DNA of 64,000 nt from Elusimicrobiota bacterium (GTDB taxonomy: Bacteria; Elusimicrobiota; Elusimicrobia; UBA1565; UBA9628). The notes beneath the pieces were generated by a model. That model did no database searches. It was not told the DNA's origin and worked only from the letters and a program-made list of their open reading frames with translations. The stretch spans positions 18,923 through 82,922 of the forward strand of contig DAHXMM010000021.1 in assembly GCA_027371715.1 (NCBI GenBank), written 5' to 3'. Below are positions 8,890 to 18,319 of this stretch, in pieces (positions within the stretch are counted from its first letter, which is position 1; every line of letters begins with the position of its first letter). The position numbers were made by a program, and so were the translations under genes.

Positions 8890-8999
8890 GGTTTCCTTCC
8901 GTGCGAACTTTTGAACCAACCATTTCTGACCGAATATAAATGAGGAAATGCCGTTTCCAAATTCTGTTTAAGAGAGTGGCCTCGCTTAGGCTCGGTCAT
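8886..8999 (-). repeat. nuo junction repeat, long copy 2 (37-aa mini-ORF)
   Basis: ATGA at both ends; overlaps nuoM stop and nuoN start. Confidence 0.92.
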
Positions 9000-10441
9000 A
9001 GAATAAGCTTCCCCACAGCGGGACCGACGATATTAAGAAGCGGCCCGGGATGAAGACCGATGACAAACATCGGGATGATGAGAAGCCAAAGAAGAGCTTG
9101 TTCCCTTAAATCTAAATCAAAAACCTTTGGGCTCACCGAGGCGGACTTTCTCTCGCCCAAGAAAACAGCCTGAAATGCGGGCAAAAGATAAAAGGCCGCG
9201 ATCGTCACGCCAAAAACGCCGACCACCGCAATCGGCAAGGAGACCTTCGCCATCCCGGATAAAGACATAAATTCTCCCACAAAGCCGTTCAAACCCGGAA
9301 GCCCGATGGAAGCAAAAACAGTCACGCCAAAAAAGAAGGTTAAAGTTGGAGCCTGGGACACCAAATCGCCGAAATCAGAAAGGCCTCTTTTATGAGTGCG
9401 TTCATAAAGGAACCCAACCATTAAAAATAAGGCTCCGGTCGTGAGACCATGGTTAATCAACTGCAAACTTCCTCCGGCAAGGCCTTGCTGAGTCCGGGAG
9501 GCGATTCCCAAAACACAAAAGCCCAAATGCGCAATTGAGGAATACGCAATCAAGCGTTTCAAATCCATCTGCGCCATCGCCGATAGCGCGCCGTAGATAA
9601 CATTGATCGCGGCAAGCCCCCCCAACCAAGGAAGAGCCTTCATCCCCCATTCAGGAAAGGCGGGAAGAAGCACGCGCAAAAACCCGTAAACCCCTACTTT
9701 AAGAAGAACTCCGGCCAAAATAATGGAGCCCGCCGCCGGGGCTTCCGTGTGCGCATCTGGAAGCCAGGTGTGAATGGGCACCAAGGGAATTTTAACCCCA
9801 AAGCCAATCACAAAAGCCGCGAAAGCGAGAATCGCGTAAAGCCCGCTATTGGGAGCTTTCAAAATATTCATGTCCCAGCTCCAAACGCCGGTCGTCTGAT
9901 GATGGAATACAACCAACGCCAGAATTCCCAAAAGAAGAAATAAACTCCCAAAGAAGGTAAATAGGAAAAATTTAATCGCCGCGTGCTTTCGGTTTTCAGA
10001 CCCCCAAAGACCGATGATAAAAAACATCGGAATCAGCATCGCTTCCCAGAAGATATAAAAGAAGAAAAGGTCTTGCGCGAGAAAAACTCCCATCACCGCG
10101 CCTTCAAGAAAAAGAAAAGACGCCCAAAAGCCCGCGGATAAATCTTGTTTCCAGGAAGACAAAAGAGCGATGATGGTCAAAAAAGCGTTTAGAAGACACA
10201 AGGCCCAGGACAAGCCGTCCATGGAAAACGAATAACTAATTCCGTAGGTAAGCAATTTCCCCGGCTCTGAAAGAGAAGCCAAATGCCCGCTCCAGAAACC
10301 CGTTCCGGCCTGTAAAACAAGATAAAATTCCATTGCCGCGCAGATAACCGAAATCCAGCGCGCGCGCACGTTAAAAGCGGGAGAAAGCAAAGTAAACAAA
10401 GCCCCTAAAATCGGAAAAACCCAAAAAAGCGTTAAAATCAT
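8996..10441 (-). CDS. nuoM: NADH-quinone oxidoreductase subunit M
   Basis: FWEAMLIPM, HTWLPDAHTEAP, GLPGLNGFVGE. Confidence 0.95.
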   Translation of the reverse strand: MILTLFWVFPILGALFTLLSPAFNVRARWISVICAAMEFYLVLQAGTGFWSGHLASLSEPGKLLTYGISYSFSMDGLSWALCLLNAFLTIIALLSSWKQDLSAGFWASFLFLEGAVMGVFLAQDLFFFYIFWEAMLIPMFFIIGLWGSENRKHAAIKFFLFTFFGSLFLLLGILALVVFHHQTTGVWSWDMNILKAPNSGLYAILAFAAFVIGFGVKIPLVPIHTWLPDAHTEAPAAGSIILAGVLLKVGVYGFLRVLLPAFPEWGMKALPWLGGLAAINVIYGALSAMAQMDLKRLIAYSSIAHLGFCVLGIASRTQQGLAGGSLQLINHGLTTGALFLMVGFLYERTHKRGLSDFGDLVSQAPTLTFFFGVTVFASIGLPGLNGFVGEFMSLSGMAKVSLPIAVVGVFGVTIAAFYLLPAFQAVFLGERKSASVSPKVFDLDLREQALLWLLIIPMFVIGLHPGPLLNIVGPAVGKLIL

Positions 10442-12297
10442 CTCAGCAACCTCAAAAGCATGACGCCTCCGCCTAAAAGTATCCACCACAAAGAGTCATT
10501 CAGGCGTCCGGAAGCCAAGGAAGAAACGCTTTTAGCCGCGTCTTCCGCCCAGGCGGAAGTGTTTTCAATCCACCCATCCCAGGTCTTTTTATCCCAGAAA
10601 ATACCCAACCAATAGCTCACTTCCTCAAAAAGTAATGTTAAAGCCCCAACCAGAGGTTTTACGCCAAAATCGGCGTCAAAACTTTTTTCAACCTGAGGAA
10701 CACTTTTGCGCCACACCCAATCGAAGGAAGACCATTGCATGGTCCAAAGATAAGCCGCCAAAATTCCAAGAGCGGCCATGGAGGTTGATCGGGTAAAAGA
10801 AGACCAGTCAAAGCCCGGAATCGCAATCAAAGGCGAAGTTCCCAGCCATCCGGAACTGACTAAATGATAAAACTGCGTTCCAAACCAGCCGATTCCCAAG
10901 GCTCCCAAAACGATGAAAAAAAGCGGGACGTTCATCATCGGGCCGGCCTCATGCGGGTGTTCCGGCGGATTTTGTTCTTTTCGAGGGCCTAGAAAAGCTA
11001 AAAAGAGCATCCGGAAAATATAAAAAGCGCTTAAAAAAGCGATGGCAAAACCGGCGACGGAAGCCCAGCCTCCGCGCTCAAAAGCGGCGCCAAGAATTGC
11101 GTCTTTACTATAAAAGCCCGCAAAAGGCCAAATCCCGCTCAAAGAAAAAGCCGCTATGATAAAGAAAGCGGCGGTGACCGGAATTTTCTTGAGGAGCCCG
11201 CCGGTCTCATCAACCGACGCGGTGGGTTTATGAAGGGCATGAGCGATGTTTCCGGCGCAAAGAAATAAAGCCGCCTTAAAAAACCCGTGGGTGAAAAGAT
11301 GAAAAACCGCGGATGAAACTTCGCCCAAGCCCAGACCAAAGGCCATAATGCCCAAATGACTGACGGTCGAATAAGCCAAGATACGTTTCAGGTCTTTTCT
11401 TGTGGCCGCGATAAGGCCCGAGAAAACCGCGGTCAAGGCCCCCACCGCCGCAATGGTATTAGGCAAATGCGGAACGAGCGAAATCAGCGGCCACGAACGC
11501 GCCATTAAAAATATTCCTGCCGTCACCATGGTCGCCGCGTGCATCAAGGCGGAAACAGGAGTAGGGCCTTCCATCGCATCGGGAAGCCAAAAATAAAGCG
11601 GAAACTGAGCTGATTTTGCTATCGCCGCGAGAAAAAGAAACCAACCCACATAGGAAATAGCGGGCGAGCCCTTTCCTAAAAGCGGAAACAAGGCGGCAAA
11701 GCGAGTTTGGGCGACAGGATAAACATTCATCAAAATTAAAAGCGCCAGGAAAAAGCCGATGTCTCCCACGCGATTGGTAAAGAAAGCCTGCAATGAAGCT
11801 CGTCTGGCCGAAGCCTTTTGATACCAAAAGCCGATCAATAAATAGGAAGAAAGGCCCACCATTTCCCAGAAAAGATACATCTGAACATAGTTGTTGGCCA
11901 CAACGAGACCAATCATCGAAAGATAAAAGAGATGGAAGGCCAGGAAAAAGCGTCCAAAAGCGGGATCATGTTCCATGTATCCACCGGCGTAAACATGAAT
12001 AAGCCCCCCAACTAAGGAAACCAGACACAACATCATCGCCGACAAGCCGTCCAAGCGAACTCCAAAGGAAACAGACCAAGACCCCAGCGGCATCCATTTA
12101 AAAGGAGAGACGTCTACAACATGGCCGGAATAAACCTGAGCCGCGATAATCGCCGCCGACACTCCCACCACCGCGCAAGAGAGAATCATCGGCCAATGCA
12201 TCCATTCCGGCTTCCTTTTTAAGAGGACGAAATATCCAAAAAGAAGAGCTGAAACCGGAGCGGCGAAAAGGCAGATGACCGAAAGAGGAATACCCAT
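10438..12297 (-). CDS. nuoL: NADH-quinone oxidoreductase subunit L
   Basis: KSAQFPL..WLPDAMEGPTPVSALMHAATMV. Confidence 0.95.
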   Translation of the reverse strand: MGIPLSVICLFAAPVSALLFGYFVLLKRKPEWMHWPMILSCAVVGVSAAIIAAQVYSGHVVDVSPFKWMPLGSWSVSFGVRLDGLSAMMLCLVSLVGGLIHVYAGGYMEHDPAFGRFFLAFHLFYLSMIGLVVANNYVQMYLFWEMVGLSSYLLIGFWYQKASARRASLQAFFTNRVGDIGFFLALLILMNVYPVAQTRFAALFPLLGKGSPAISYVGWFLFLAAIAKSAQFPLYFWLPDAMEGPTPVSALMHAATMVTAGIFLMARSWPLISLVPHLPNTIAAVGALTAVFSGLIAATRKDLKRILAYSTVSHLGIMAFGLGLGEVSSAVFHLFTHGFFKAALFLCAGNIAHALHKPTASVDETGGLLKKIPVTAAFFIIAAFSLSGIWPFAGFYSKDAILGAAFERGGWASVAGFAIAFLSAFYIFRMLFLAFLGPRKEQNPPEHPHEAGPMMNVPLFFIVLGALGIGWFGTQFYHLVSSGWLGTSPLIAIPGFDWSSFTRSTSMAALGILAAYLWTMQWSSFDWVWRKSVPQVEKSFDADFGVKPLVGALTLLFEEVSYWLGIFWDKKTWDGWIENTSAWAEDAAKSVSSLASGRLNDSLWWILLGGGVMLLRLLR

Positions 12298-12298
12298 A

Positions 12299-12595
12299 TC
12301 AGCCTTTCAACTCCATCAAGGCGTCCGAATCCGGAAGGGTTTTATTTTTTCTCAAATGCAAAATCAAGGAAAGTCCCACCACCGCTTCCGCCGCAGCCAC
12401 GCACAAGATAATTAAAGCCGCAGCCAGCCCATTTGAGTCTTGAAAAATTGAAGCCTGGGCGACCAAGGGAATCAGGGCGGCTGAAATCATAATTTCAAGT
12501 CCAAAAAGCATGAGTAAAAGTTGTTTGCGTAAAATCACCGCGCAAAGACCGGAAACAAAAAGAGCCGCCGAAATTAACCACGCCCAAGGGTTCAT
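12299..12595 (-). CDS. nuoK: NADH-quinone oxidoreductase subunit K
   Basis: LEIM, VAAAEAVVGL; 98 aa hydrophobic. Confidence 0.9.
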   Translation of the reverse strand: MNPWAWLISAALFVSGLCAVILRKQLLLMLFGLEIMISAALIPLVAQASIFQDSNGLAAALIILCVAAAEAVVGLSLILHLRKNKTLPDSDALMELKG

Positions 12596-13074
12596 GCGCC
12601 TTTCCTTTTCCCCACCAAGGCAAGTCCCGCTAAAAACATCAAAAGAGTCGCCGCCTCCGTTGCCGGAGAATAGGCCCCAAACAAAACCGACCCCACAGCT
12701 AAATTATTGGGCACAACCGCAGCCGTTGACAGAGAACCCGCGCCCCCGTGAAAAATCAAAAATAGTTCCACCAAAAATCCGGCTAAAAGAAGGGCCGCGA
12801 CCGGGCGCGGAAGCAAAAAACTCCCCCAAAGAGAACCCGTCGGTTTTGGAAACGCCATGATGACGACCACAACCAAGACCATGACCGCTCCGGCGTAAAT
12901 CACCATTTGCATGAGCCCCAGAAGCGGCGAGCCCGCCAAGGAAAAAAGGAGAGCCACCTGAAGCATGACGCACAAAAGGCACATCGCCGCCGCATAAAGG
13001 GATTTCTGGAAGAGCATGAGAACTGAAAAGAAAACCGCCAAGCCTCCCGCGATTAAGGTCATCCATCCAGCCAT
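12592..13074 (-). CDS. nuoJ: NADH-quinone oxidoreductase subunit J
   Basis: Q..IYAGAVMVL motif. Confidence 0.9.
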   Translation of the reverse strand: MAGWMTLIAGGLAVFFSVLMLFQKSLYAAAMCLLCVMLQVALLFSLAGSPLLGLMQMVIYAGAVMVLVVVVIMAFPKPTGSLWGSFLLPRPVAALLLAGFLVELFLIFHGGAGSLSTAAVVPNNLAVGSVLFGAYSPATEAATLLMFLAGLALVGKRKGA

Positions 13075-13080
13075 AGACCT

Positions 13081-13110
13081 ATCTTAGTTTTTTTAAAAAG
13101 AGGGAATCAA
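13081..13110 (-). promoter_or_regulatory. Putative sigma70 promoter of nuo operon (TTGATT-N18-TAAGAT), possibly leaderless
   Basis: -10 box lies 6 nt before the nuoJ ATG; no clear SD. Confidence 0.45.
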
Positions 13111-13146
13111 ATCAAAAATATTTTTCCCGTCTCGAATCTTGGAATT

Positions 13147-14322
13147 TTAATGAATAATGATGAGGGAATCATCATTGGGGGAGGAATTATTATTTTCCCC
13201 GCTATTGGAAGAACTTCTGCGCGAATTTTGCTTAATGGAGTTCGAATCTGAACTATGGGCGGAAGCAGGCTGCGGAGAATTTCCTTCAGGAGAATAAAAC
13301 ATGCTCGAAGGAACTCCTCCCCACTTAAAGGTCAACGAAATTCGGTTGGCCTGACCCAAGGCTCCATAAGGAATGAGCGCGTAGTCGAAACTTAAATCTG
13401 GGCGAGCCACTCCAAAACCGAAAGAAAACCCGGTAAACCCGCCGATGCTGTTAAGCGTATAAGAACTGTATCCCGCGCGCCCGGAAAAATCCCATTGGGA
13501 ATCCCTCCAAACATCGTATTCCGTTCCGACATTAAAATAAGGACTTCCTCCCTCGGGAAAGCCGATATCCAAGGCGCCCAGCCAACGAGGCGTAATTTGA
13601 TAGGAAGACCCCACGTGCATCGCGAACGGCAAGGGGCTTGAGACCTGATCAAAAGTCATCGGCGGTCCCCAGTTGTTTGCCGTCAAGGCCCAGCGAAATT
13701 TTCCATCTAGGTAAAGCGGAGACAAAAGTCCCAAATTAACCGCTTCGCTATTGGCCTGACTGACGATTTCAGACTCGATAAATGAAGCGGAAAGACCCAG
13801 TGAATATCCGGACAATATTCCCGCATTGTCTCCCAAGGGATAGGCATAACCAGCGGAAAGGGCGAGATCATAGGGATTAAAACTCCCGATATTTTGATAA
13901 TTTTGCGTCTCGGCAATCGAACCCGCGGAAAAATATTGCGCCGAAACGCCCAAAGCGCCATTATTGCCCATATTATGGGAATAGGCGCCGTAGTCAAAAG
14001 AAGTGTTCACTAAATACGGGGCGTACATCACGGTCGCGGAATTATTCGGGGTTTGAGTCAAAGCCGCCGGATTCCAATACATCGCCGTCGCGTCGTTAGC
14101 GACCGCCGTGTAAGCCCCGCCCATTCCCATCGCTCTTGCGCCCACTCCAAGATTTAAAAAATCCGCCGTCGTGATTCCATTCGCGGCAGAAGAGAAGTTC
14201 GCGGCAGAGGCAGGAACGGAAAGAAAGAACGGAAAGAAAAGAAAGAAGGGAAAGTAACGGAAAGAACGGGAAACAAAGGAAAGATTTTCGGCTTTGCTTG
14301 CCGTTTCTTTCCGTTCTCTCAT
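13147..14322 (-). CDS. PorV/PorQ-like (UPF0164) outer-membrane beta-barrel protein
   Basis: FL.LGVGARAMGMGGAY.A.A.DA.A.YWNPAAL; DYA..PYG.LG. Confidence 0.85.
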   Translation of the reverse strand: MRERKETASKAENLSFVSRSFRYFPFFLFFPFFLSVPASAANFSSAANGITTADFLNLGVGARAMGMGGAYTAVANDATAMYWNPAALTQTPNNSATVMYAPYLVNTSFDYGAYSHNMGNNGALGVSAQYFSAGSIAETQNYQNIGSFNPYDLALSAGYAYPLGDNAGILSGYSLGLSASFIESEIVSQANSEAVNLGLLSPLYLDGKFRWALTANNWGPPMTFDQVSSPLPFAMHVGSSYQITPRWLGALDIGFPEGGSPYFNVGTEYDVWRDSQWDFSGRAGYSSYTLNSIGGFTGFSFGFGVARPDLSFDYALIPYGALGQANRISLTFKWGGVPSSMFYSPEGNSPQPASAHSSDSNSIKQNSRRSSSNSGENNNSSPNDDSLIIIH

Positions 14323-14343
14323 TTCTTTCCGTTACTTTCCGTC
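14213..14343. repeat. Inverted array of degenerate ~9-nt AACGGAAAG units
   Basis: Perfect 18-bp inverted repeat 14249-14266 / 14323-14340 within further degenerate units. Confidence 0.75.
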
Positions 14344-17300
14344 CTATCTCTGAACAGCGACTTTCAAGGTCGTTTCCGTTCCATTGCCGCGCACGAAAAC
14401 AAAATAAACTCCGCTTCCAACCATGCGCCCGGAAGAATTAGTCGCGTCCCATTTAGCTACGCCAGTCGCATCGGCCGTCAAGCGCTTAACGAGAAGACCT
14501 GAGATTGTATAAATTTCAAGGCTAGAATTTGCGGGAAGATTGCTGAAAGTGGTATCGGTGATTCCGCGAGCGGGGCGAATAGGGTTATTGGAAATTTCAA
14601 TTCCTTGAGTCGAGGTGGGCGGAGAAGCAAGCCCCATGATTTCAAAAGTGGAGAAACGATCGGTAGAAGCGGTGATAAGCTCTTGCGAAGTGTCAGAATT
14701 GGAAATCAAAGGAATCCAGGTTCCGACATTCAAATCACAGCGCGCAACGAAAAAATTCTGCGTCTGAACTCCGGGAGGCAAAACGGCATTAGCGTAAGAA
14801 ATAGAAATGGGAACCGCGAAATTAGGCGGCGGTTCGACGCCTGGATTTAAATTGACAGTGATCCCAACCCCTTCATCCGTCATCGTCTTTCCCGGAGGCA
14901 TTTGGCAGGACAAATCCGACAAAGACGGGGTCGTGACCACAACCGTAACCGCTTCATTAAAAGTATTCGGAGGAAAATCAATGGTCGCAAGTCCCTTTTG
15001 CCCCAAGAAAGACACGACTCCTCCGGATGAGTTAATCACCTGCGCGGCCTGGGAAATAGACAAAGTCGCAGTTGAAGCAAGTGAAATATAATCAGGGCTT
15101 AAATCCCAGTTAAGAGCGCCCAAACGCAGATAATAAGTGGTCTCGGGATAAAGATTTGACAAAACGAGAGAATAAAGAGAAGTGTTTTCCGTCAAACTCG
15201 AAGTAACGACCCCGGTAAAATCAGAAGCGGTCGAGGCTTCCAAAAGATATCCAGCGCAATTGGAGCAAATGGCGTAGGACACGCTCATGCTGGAATAAAA
15301 AACCGTCTCCGCCGGGGTATTTGAGTTTTGCGTCAAGGGAGAAGCCAGAGTGACGGCATAAGAAGGAGAATTAAGCGTTCCTTGATTACCCAAGACATTG
15401 ACGGCACCAATCGTCAAGGCTTCCGTCGTATTAGGTGGAAGCCCGGTCAAGGTAAAAGAAGAAACCGAGGTGGGCACATTGGCCAAAAACTCATTAGGCG
15501 AAACCGTCGCGGAATAAACGTTGTAAGAAGAAACGCCGACGACCGGAGACCAGGACCAGGTAATGGAAGAAACGCCAATCATAATCGGCGAAACATTTTG
15601 CGGAGCGGGCAAAGGAGCCAGGGCCTCGATCAAGGCATTGCCTTTAAAAGACCCCCAGCCCGAGGCGTTGTCATAGCCGGTTCCAGCATTGTAAAACCCA
15701 TTATTGCCGCTGGTGATATCGTTAAAGATGACGGAATAGGAAACGCCGCTAGCCAAGGTATAAATAGAGGGGCTCGCAAAACCCAAGGGCGAGAGCCCTT
15801 CGCTCGTTCGCAGTTGATTGATCCGCGCGGTCAAGGCCGCCCACAACGGCGCGGCGCAACTAGTGCCGCCAATCAACGTCGCGTTTCCATTATTGCATGT
15901 CCCACCGATACAAATGCTGTAGGGAGAACTGCTCGGATCGGCGTTCAAGGCCACGTCCGGCACATTGCGGTTGGTCGTGGAATATTCCCCAGAAATCCCA
16001 TTTTGATAACTCGGCAAGGGCCAATTGGTCGAGGGATAATTGGCGACTCCTCCACCGCCTCCAACGCAACTGCTGTTGACAGAACACCCATTATTCCAAA
16101 CCGTTTCGGAAATCGAACCGCCCAAGGTTCCCGACAAACTGGTTCCGCCCACTCCCGTCACATAAGGTTGAGACGCCGGATCATCGGTTAAAAGGGACCA
16201 GGCGTACGATGGCTGCGGAGAAGGGTCCGCAGAGGCGTCATAAGCCCCGTTGTCTCCGGCAGCGGAATAAATGGTTTGCCCTTGAGTTGCCATTTGCTGG
16301 AAAACAATGTTTTCGGAATTCATGAAAGAACTACTGCTCAAATAGGCATCTTCCTCATCAAGACCCCAAGAGGTGCTGATATTTTTGGCCTGGTCCTGGG
16401 AAGCCATTAACGCATAACCGTCAAAAATTCCTTGTTCGCTATTAGGCGCGGTATAGACCAAAATATCCGAGGCGCCGGAAGAAAGAGCGACCATCAATTC
16501 CATATCCAAGGCCACTTCCGTCATGCCGTTATCGCTGGAAGCAAGCGTATTCGTGCAAAGCGCATTTTGGCCGGACCCGCAAAGATTTTGCTGACCATCC
16601 ACCGAAACGAAAGTAATCGGAGTTGGCGGAAGCGAAAACTGTCCCTCATAAAGCGCCGCATCCGACGGGTATCCGCTCCCATTGGTAATATAGCCGTCCA
16701 ATTCCATAAGGGCCAGGGTTTGACCGGATCCGTTGAGAGAATTATTCAAGGAATAAACCGATTCGATATCGACCGGGGCGAGCCCTCCGCCGGGCCCGGT
16801 TCCAGTCAAACTTTTGGGAGACGCGGCGCCGGAAATTTTAGGGCGCGGAAACGCCAAACGCGGCTGATGCGCGCCCCTAAAATTAGAAAGCCCCAAGACC
16901 GCCAAAAGCTGCGGAGACAAGGACGCCGGAATCATCGGTTCCGAATCATTGGCGCGAAAAACTTGGCCGTTGAGGTAGCGGTAATAGTTCAAATGAACGC
17001 CAAAAGCGTTTTGAACTTGTGAAGCCGAACCCACGACCTTGACGACTAAACTATTCGGGTCATCCGGACCGTCAAGTGAAAGGCCCGAGGACTGAGCAAA
17101 AGATTTTAGAGTCTGTCTTTTGAACACCAAATTAAATTTCTGGGCGAATTGGGAAGGCGTCAGGAAATTTCTATGAAGAGGATTTCCTGATTGATAAATC
17201 TGAGCCAAGGTCTGATTCATCAGATTTTGATCGACCGCGATAACCAAACTTAAATGGACGGTTTCTGTCGAGGCAACCGGCGCGATTTTAGATGAGACCG

Positions 17301-17445
17301 CAACTTGAGGCGGGATATGCCCCGTCAACGCGACCAAAGGGCCGGCCGCATGGGCCTGAACAGACAACAAAACGCCGATAATTAGGGACAGTCCCCAATT
17401 AATTATTTCAGCGGGCCTTGGCTTCTTCGTAAATGGGCGTCCCAC
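14344..17445 (-). CDS. Secreted S53 (sedolisin/kumamolisin) peptidase with pro-domain, FN3-like regions and C-terminal T9SS-CTD/FlgD-like domain
   Basis: EVALD (ExxxD), AAGDNGA, GGTSCAAP, GYDNASGWGS; C-terminal 'IYTISG.LV..WDA.N..G..V.SGVY'; start uncertain. Confidence 0.88.
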   Translation of the reverse strand: MGRPFTKKPRPAEIINWGLSLIIGVLLSVQAHAAGPLVALTGHIPPQVAVSSKIAPVASTETVHLSLVIAVDQNLMNQTLAQIYQSGNPLHRNFLTPSQFAQKFNLVFKRQTLKSFAQSSGLSLDGPDDPNSLVVKVVGSASQVQNAFGVHLNYYRYLNGQVFRANDSEPMIPASLSPQLLAVLGLSNFRGAHQPRLAFPRPKISGAASPKSLTGTGPGGGLAPVDIESVYSLNNSLNGSGQTLALMELDGYITNGSGYPSDAALYEGQFSLPPTPITFVSVDGQQNLCGSGQNALCTNTLASSDNGMTEVALDMELMVALSSGASDILVYTAPNSEQGIFDGYALMASQDQAKNISTSWGLDEEDAYLSSSSFMNSENIVFQQMATQGQTIYSAAGDNGAYDASADPSPQPSYAWSLLTDDPASQPYVTGVGGTSLSGTLGGSISETVWNNGCSVNSSCVGGGGGVANYPSTNWPLPSYQNGISGEYSTTNRNVPDVALNADPSSSPYSICIGGTCNNGNATLIGGTSCAAPLWAALTARINQLRTSEGLSPLGFASPSIYTLASGVSYSVIFNDITSGNNGFYNAGTGYDNASGWGSFKGNALIEALAPLPAPQNVSPIMIGVSSITWSWSPVVGVSSYNVYSATVSPNEFLANVPTSVSSFTLTGLPPNTTEALTIGAVNVLGNQGTLNSPSYAVTLASPLTQNSNTPAETVFYSSMSVSYAICSNCAGYLLEASTASDFTGVVTSSLTENTSLYSLVLSNLYPETTYYLRLGALNWDLSPDYISLASTATLSISQAAQVINSSGGVVSFLGQKGLATIDFPPNTFNEAVTVVVTTPSLSDLSCQMPPGKTMTDEGVGITVNLNPGVEPPPNFAVPISISYANAVLPPGVQTQNFFVARCDLNVGTWIPLISNSDTSQELITASTDRFSTFEIMGLASPPTSTQGIEISNNPIRPARGITDTTFSNLPANSSLEIYTISGLLVKRLTADATGVAKWDATNSSGRMVGSGVYFVFVRGNGTETTLKVAVQR

Positions 17446-18301
17446 TCGATCGCGCGTAATCCTGGAAGGTCTGGGTGAGTTTTTTCGTGATAGGCCCCGG
17501 AACGCCTCCGCCGATTAAATGGCCGTCTATTTTAACCGCCGCAACCACTTCCGCCCCCGTTCCGGTCACGAATGCCTCATCGGCCCGGTAAAGCTCATGA
17601 ACGGTGAAAAGTTTTTCCTCAACTTCAAGTTTTAAGGAATTACGAGCCAGTTCAATGACCGCGCTTCTTGTGACTCCGTTTAAAATTCCCGCATAAACCG
17701 GCGGAGTGTAGAGCCGTCCGCTTGAAACATAAAAAATGTTGTCTCCCGTGCATTCGGAAACGTATCCTTGCTGATTAAGCAAAATCGCCTCTTGCGCCCC
17801 GGCCCGCACCGCTTCAGCCCGCGCCATGATGTTCGGCAAATAATTGAGAGACTTAATCGCCGGAGACAATTGATCCGGCGTTCTTTGGCGAATGCTTGAG
17901 GTAATTAACTCGAGGCCTTTGTCATAAAAACTCGGCGGATAAAGCTCGATTTTATCGGCGATGATGATGACGCTCGCGTTTTTCTTGCACTTTCTCATGT
18001 CCAACCCGAGATCCCCGATTCCGCGGGTGATGACCAGGCGAATATAAGCATCTCGAAGCCCGTTCATGCGAAGACTCTCAAGCAATGCCTCTTCGATTTT
18101 CTTAAGCGGCATCGGCAAGGAAAGAAAGATAGCGTTGGCCGATTCCTGAAGGCGTTTTAAATGCTCATCTAAGCGAAAAACCCGTCCATTATAGGCGCGA
18201 ATCCCCTCGAAAACCCCGTCTCCGTAAAGAGTCCCGTGATCGAACACGGAAATTTTCGCGTCTTCTTTCTCATAAAACTCGCCGTCAATAAATACTTTCA
18301 T
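17408..18301 (-). CDS. ilvE: Branched-chain amino acid aminotransferase
   Basis: YGDGVFEGIRAY, KSLNY, GILNGVTR. Confidence 0.93.
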   Translation of the reverse strand: MKVFIDGEFYEKEDAKISVFDHGTLYGDGVFEGIRAYNGRVFRLDEHLKRLQESANAIFLSLPMPLKKIEEALLESLRMNGLRDAYIRLVITRGIGDLGLDMRKCKKNASVIIIADKIELYPPSFYDKGLELITSSIRQRTPDQLSPAIKSLNYLPNIMARAEAVRAGAQEAILLNQQGYVSECTGDNIFYVSSGRLYTPPVYAGILNGVTRSAVIELARNSLKLEVEEKLFTVHELYRADEAFVTGTGAEVVAAVKIDGHLIGGGVPGPITKKLTQTFQDYARSSGTPIYEEAKAR

Positions 18302-18319
18302 CTGACAACCTCTACTCTG

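Noticed and set aside
2632..8919. N-terminal '...KETM' extensions of NuoF/C/A/N in the ORF track
   Set aside because: They come from TTG codons inside the junction repeat; the ATG after GGAAACC is the better start
2628..8999. Junction repeats as a CRISPR array or integron attC sites
   Set aside because: Separated by whole core genes; no spacer periodicity, cas genes, integrase or GTTRRRY box pattern
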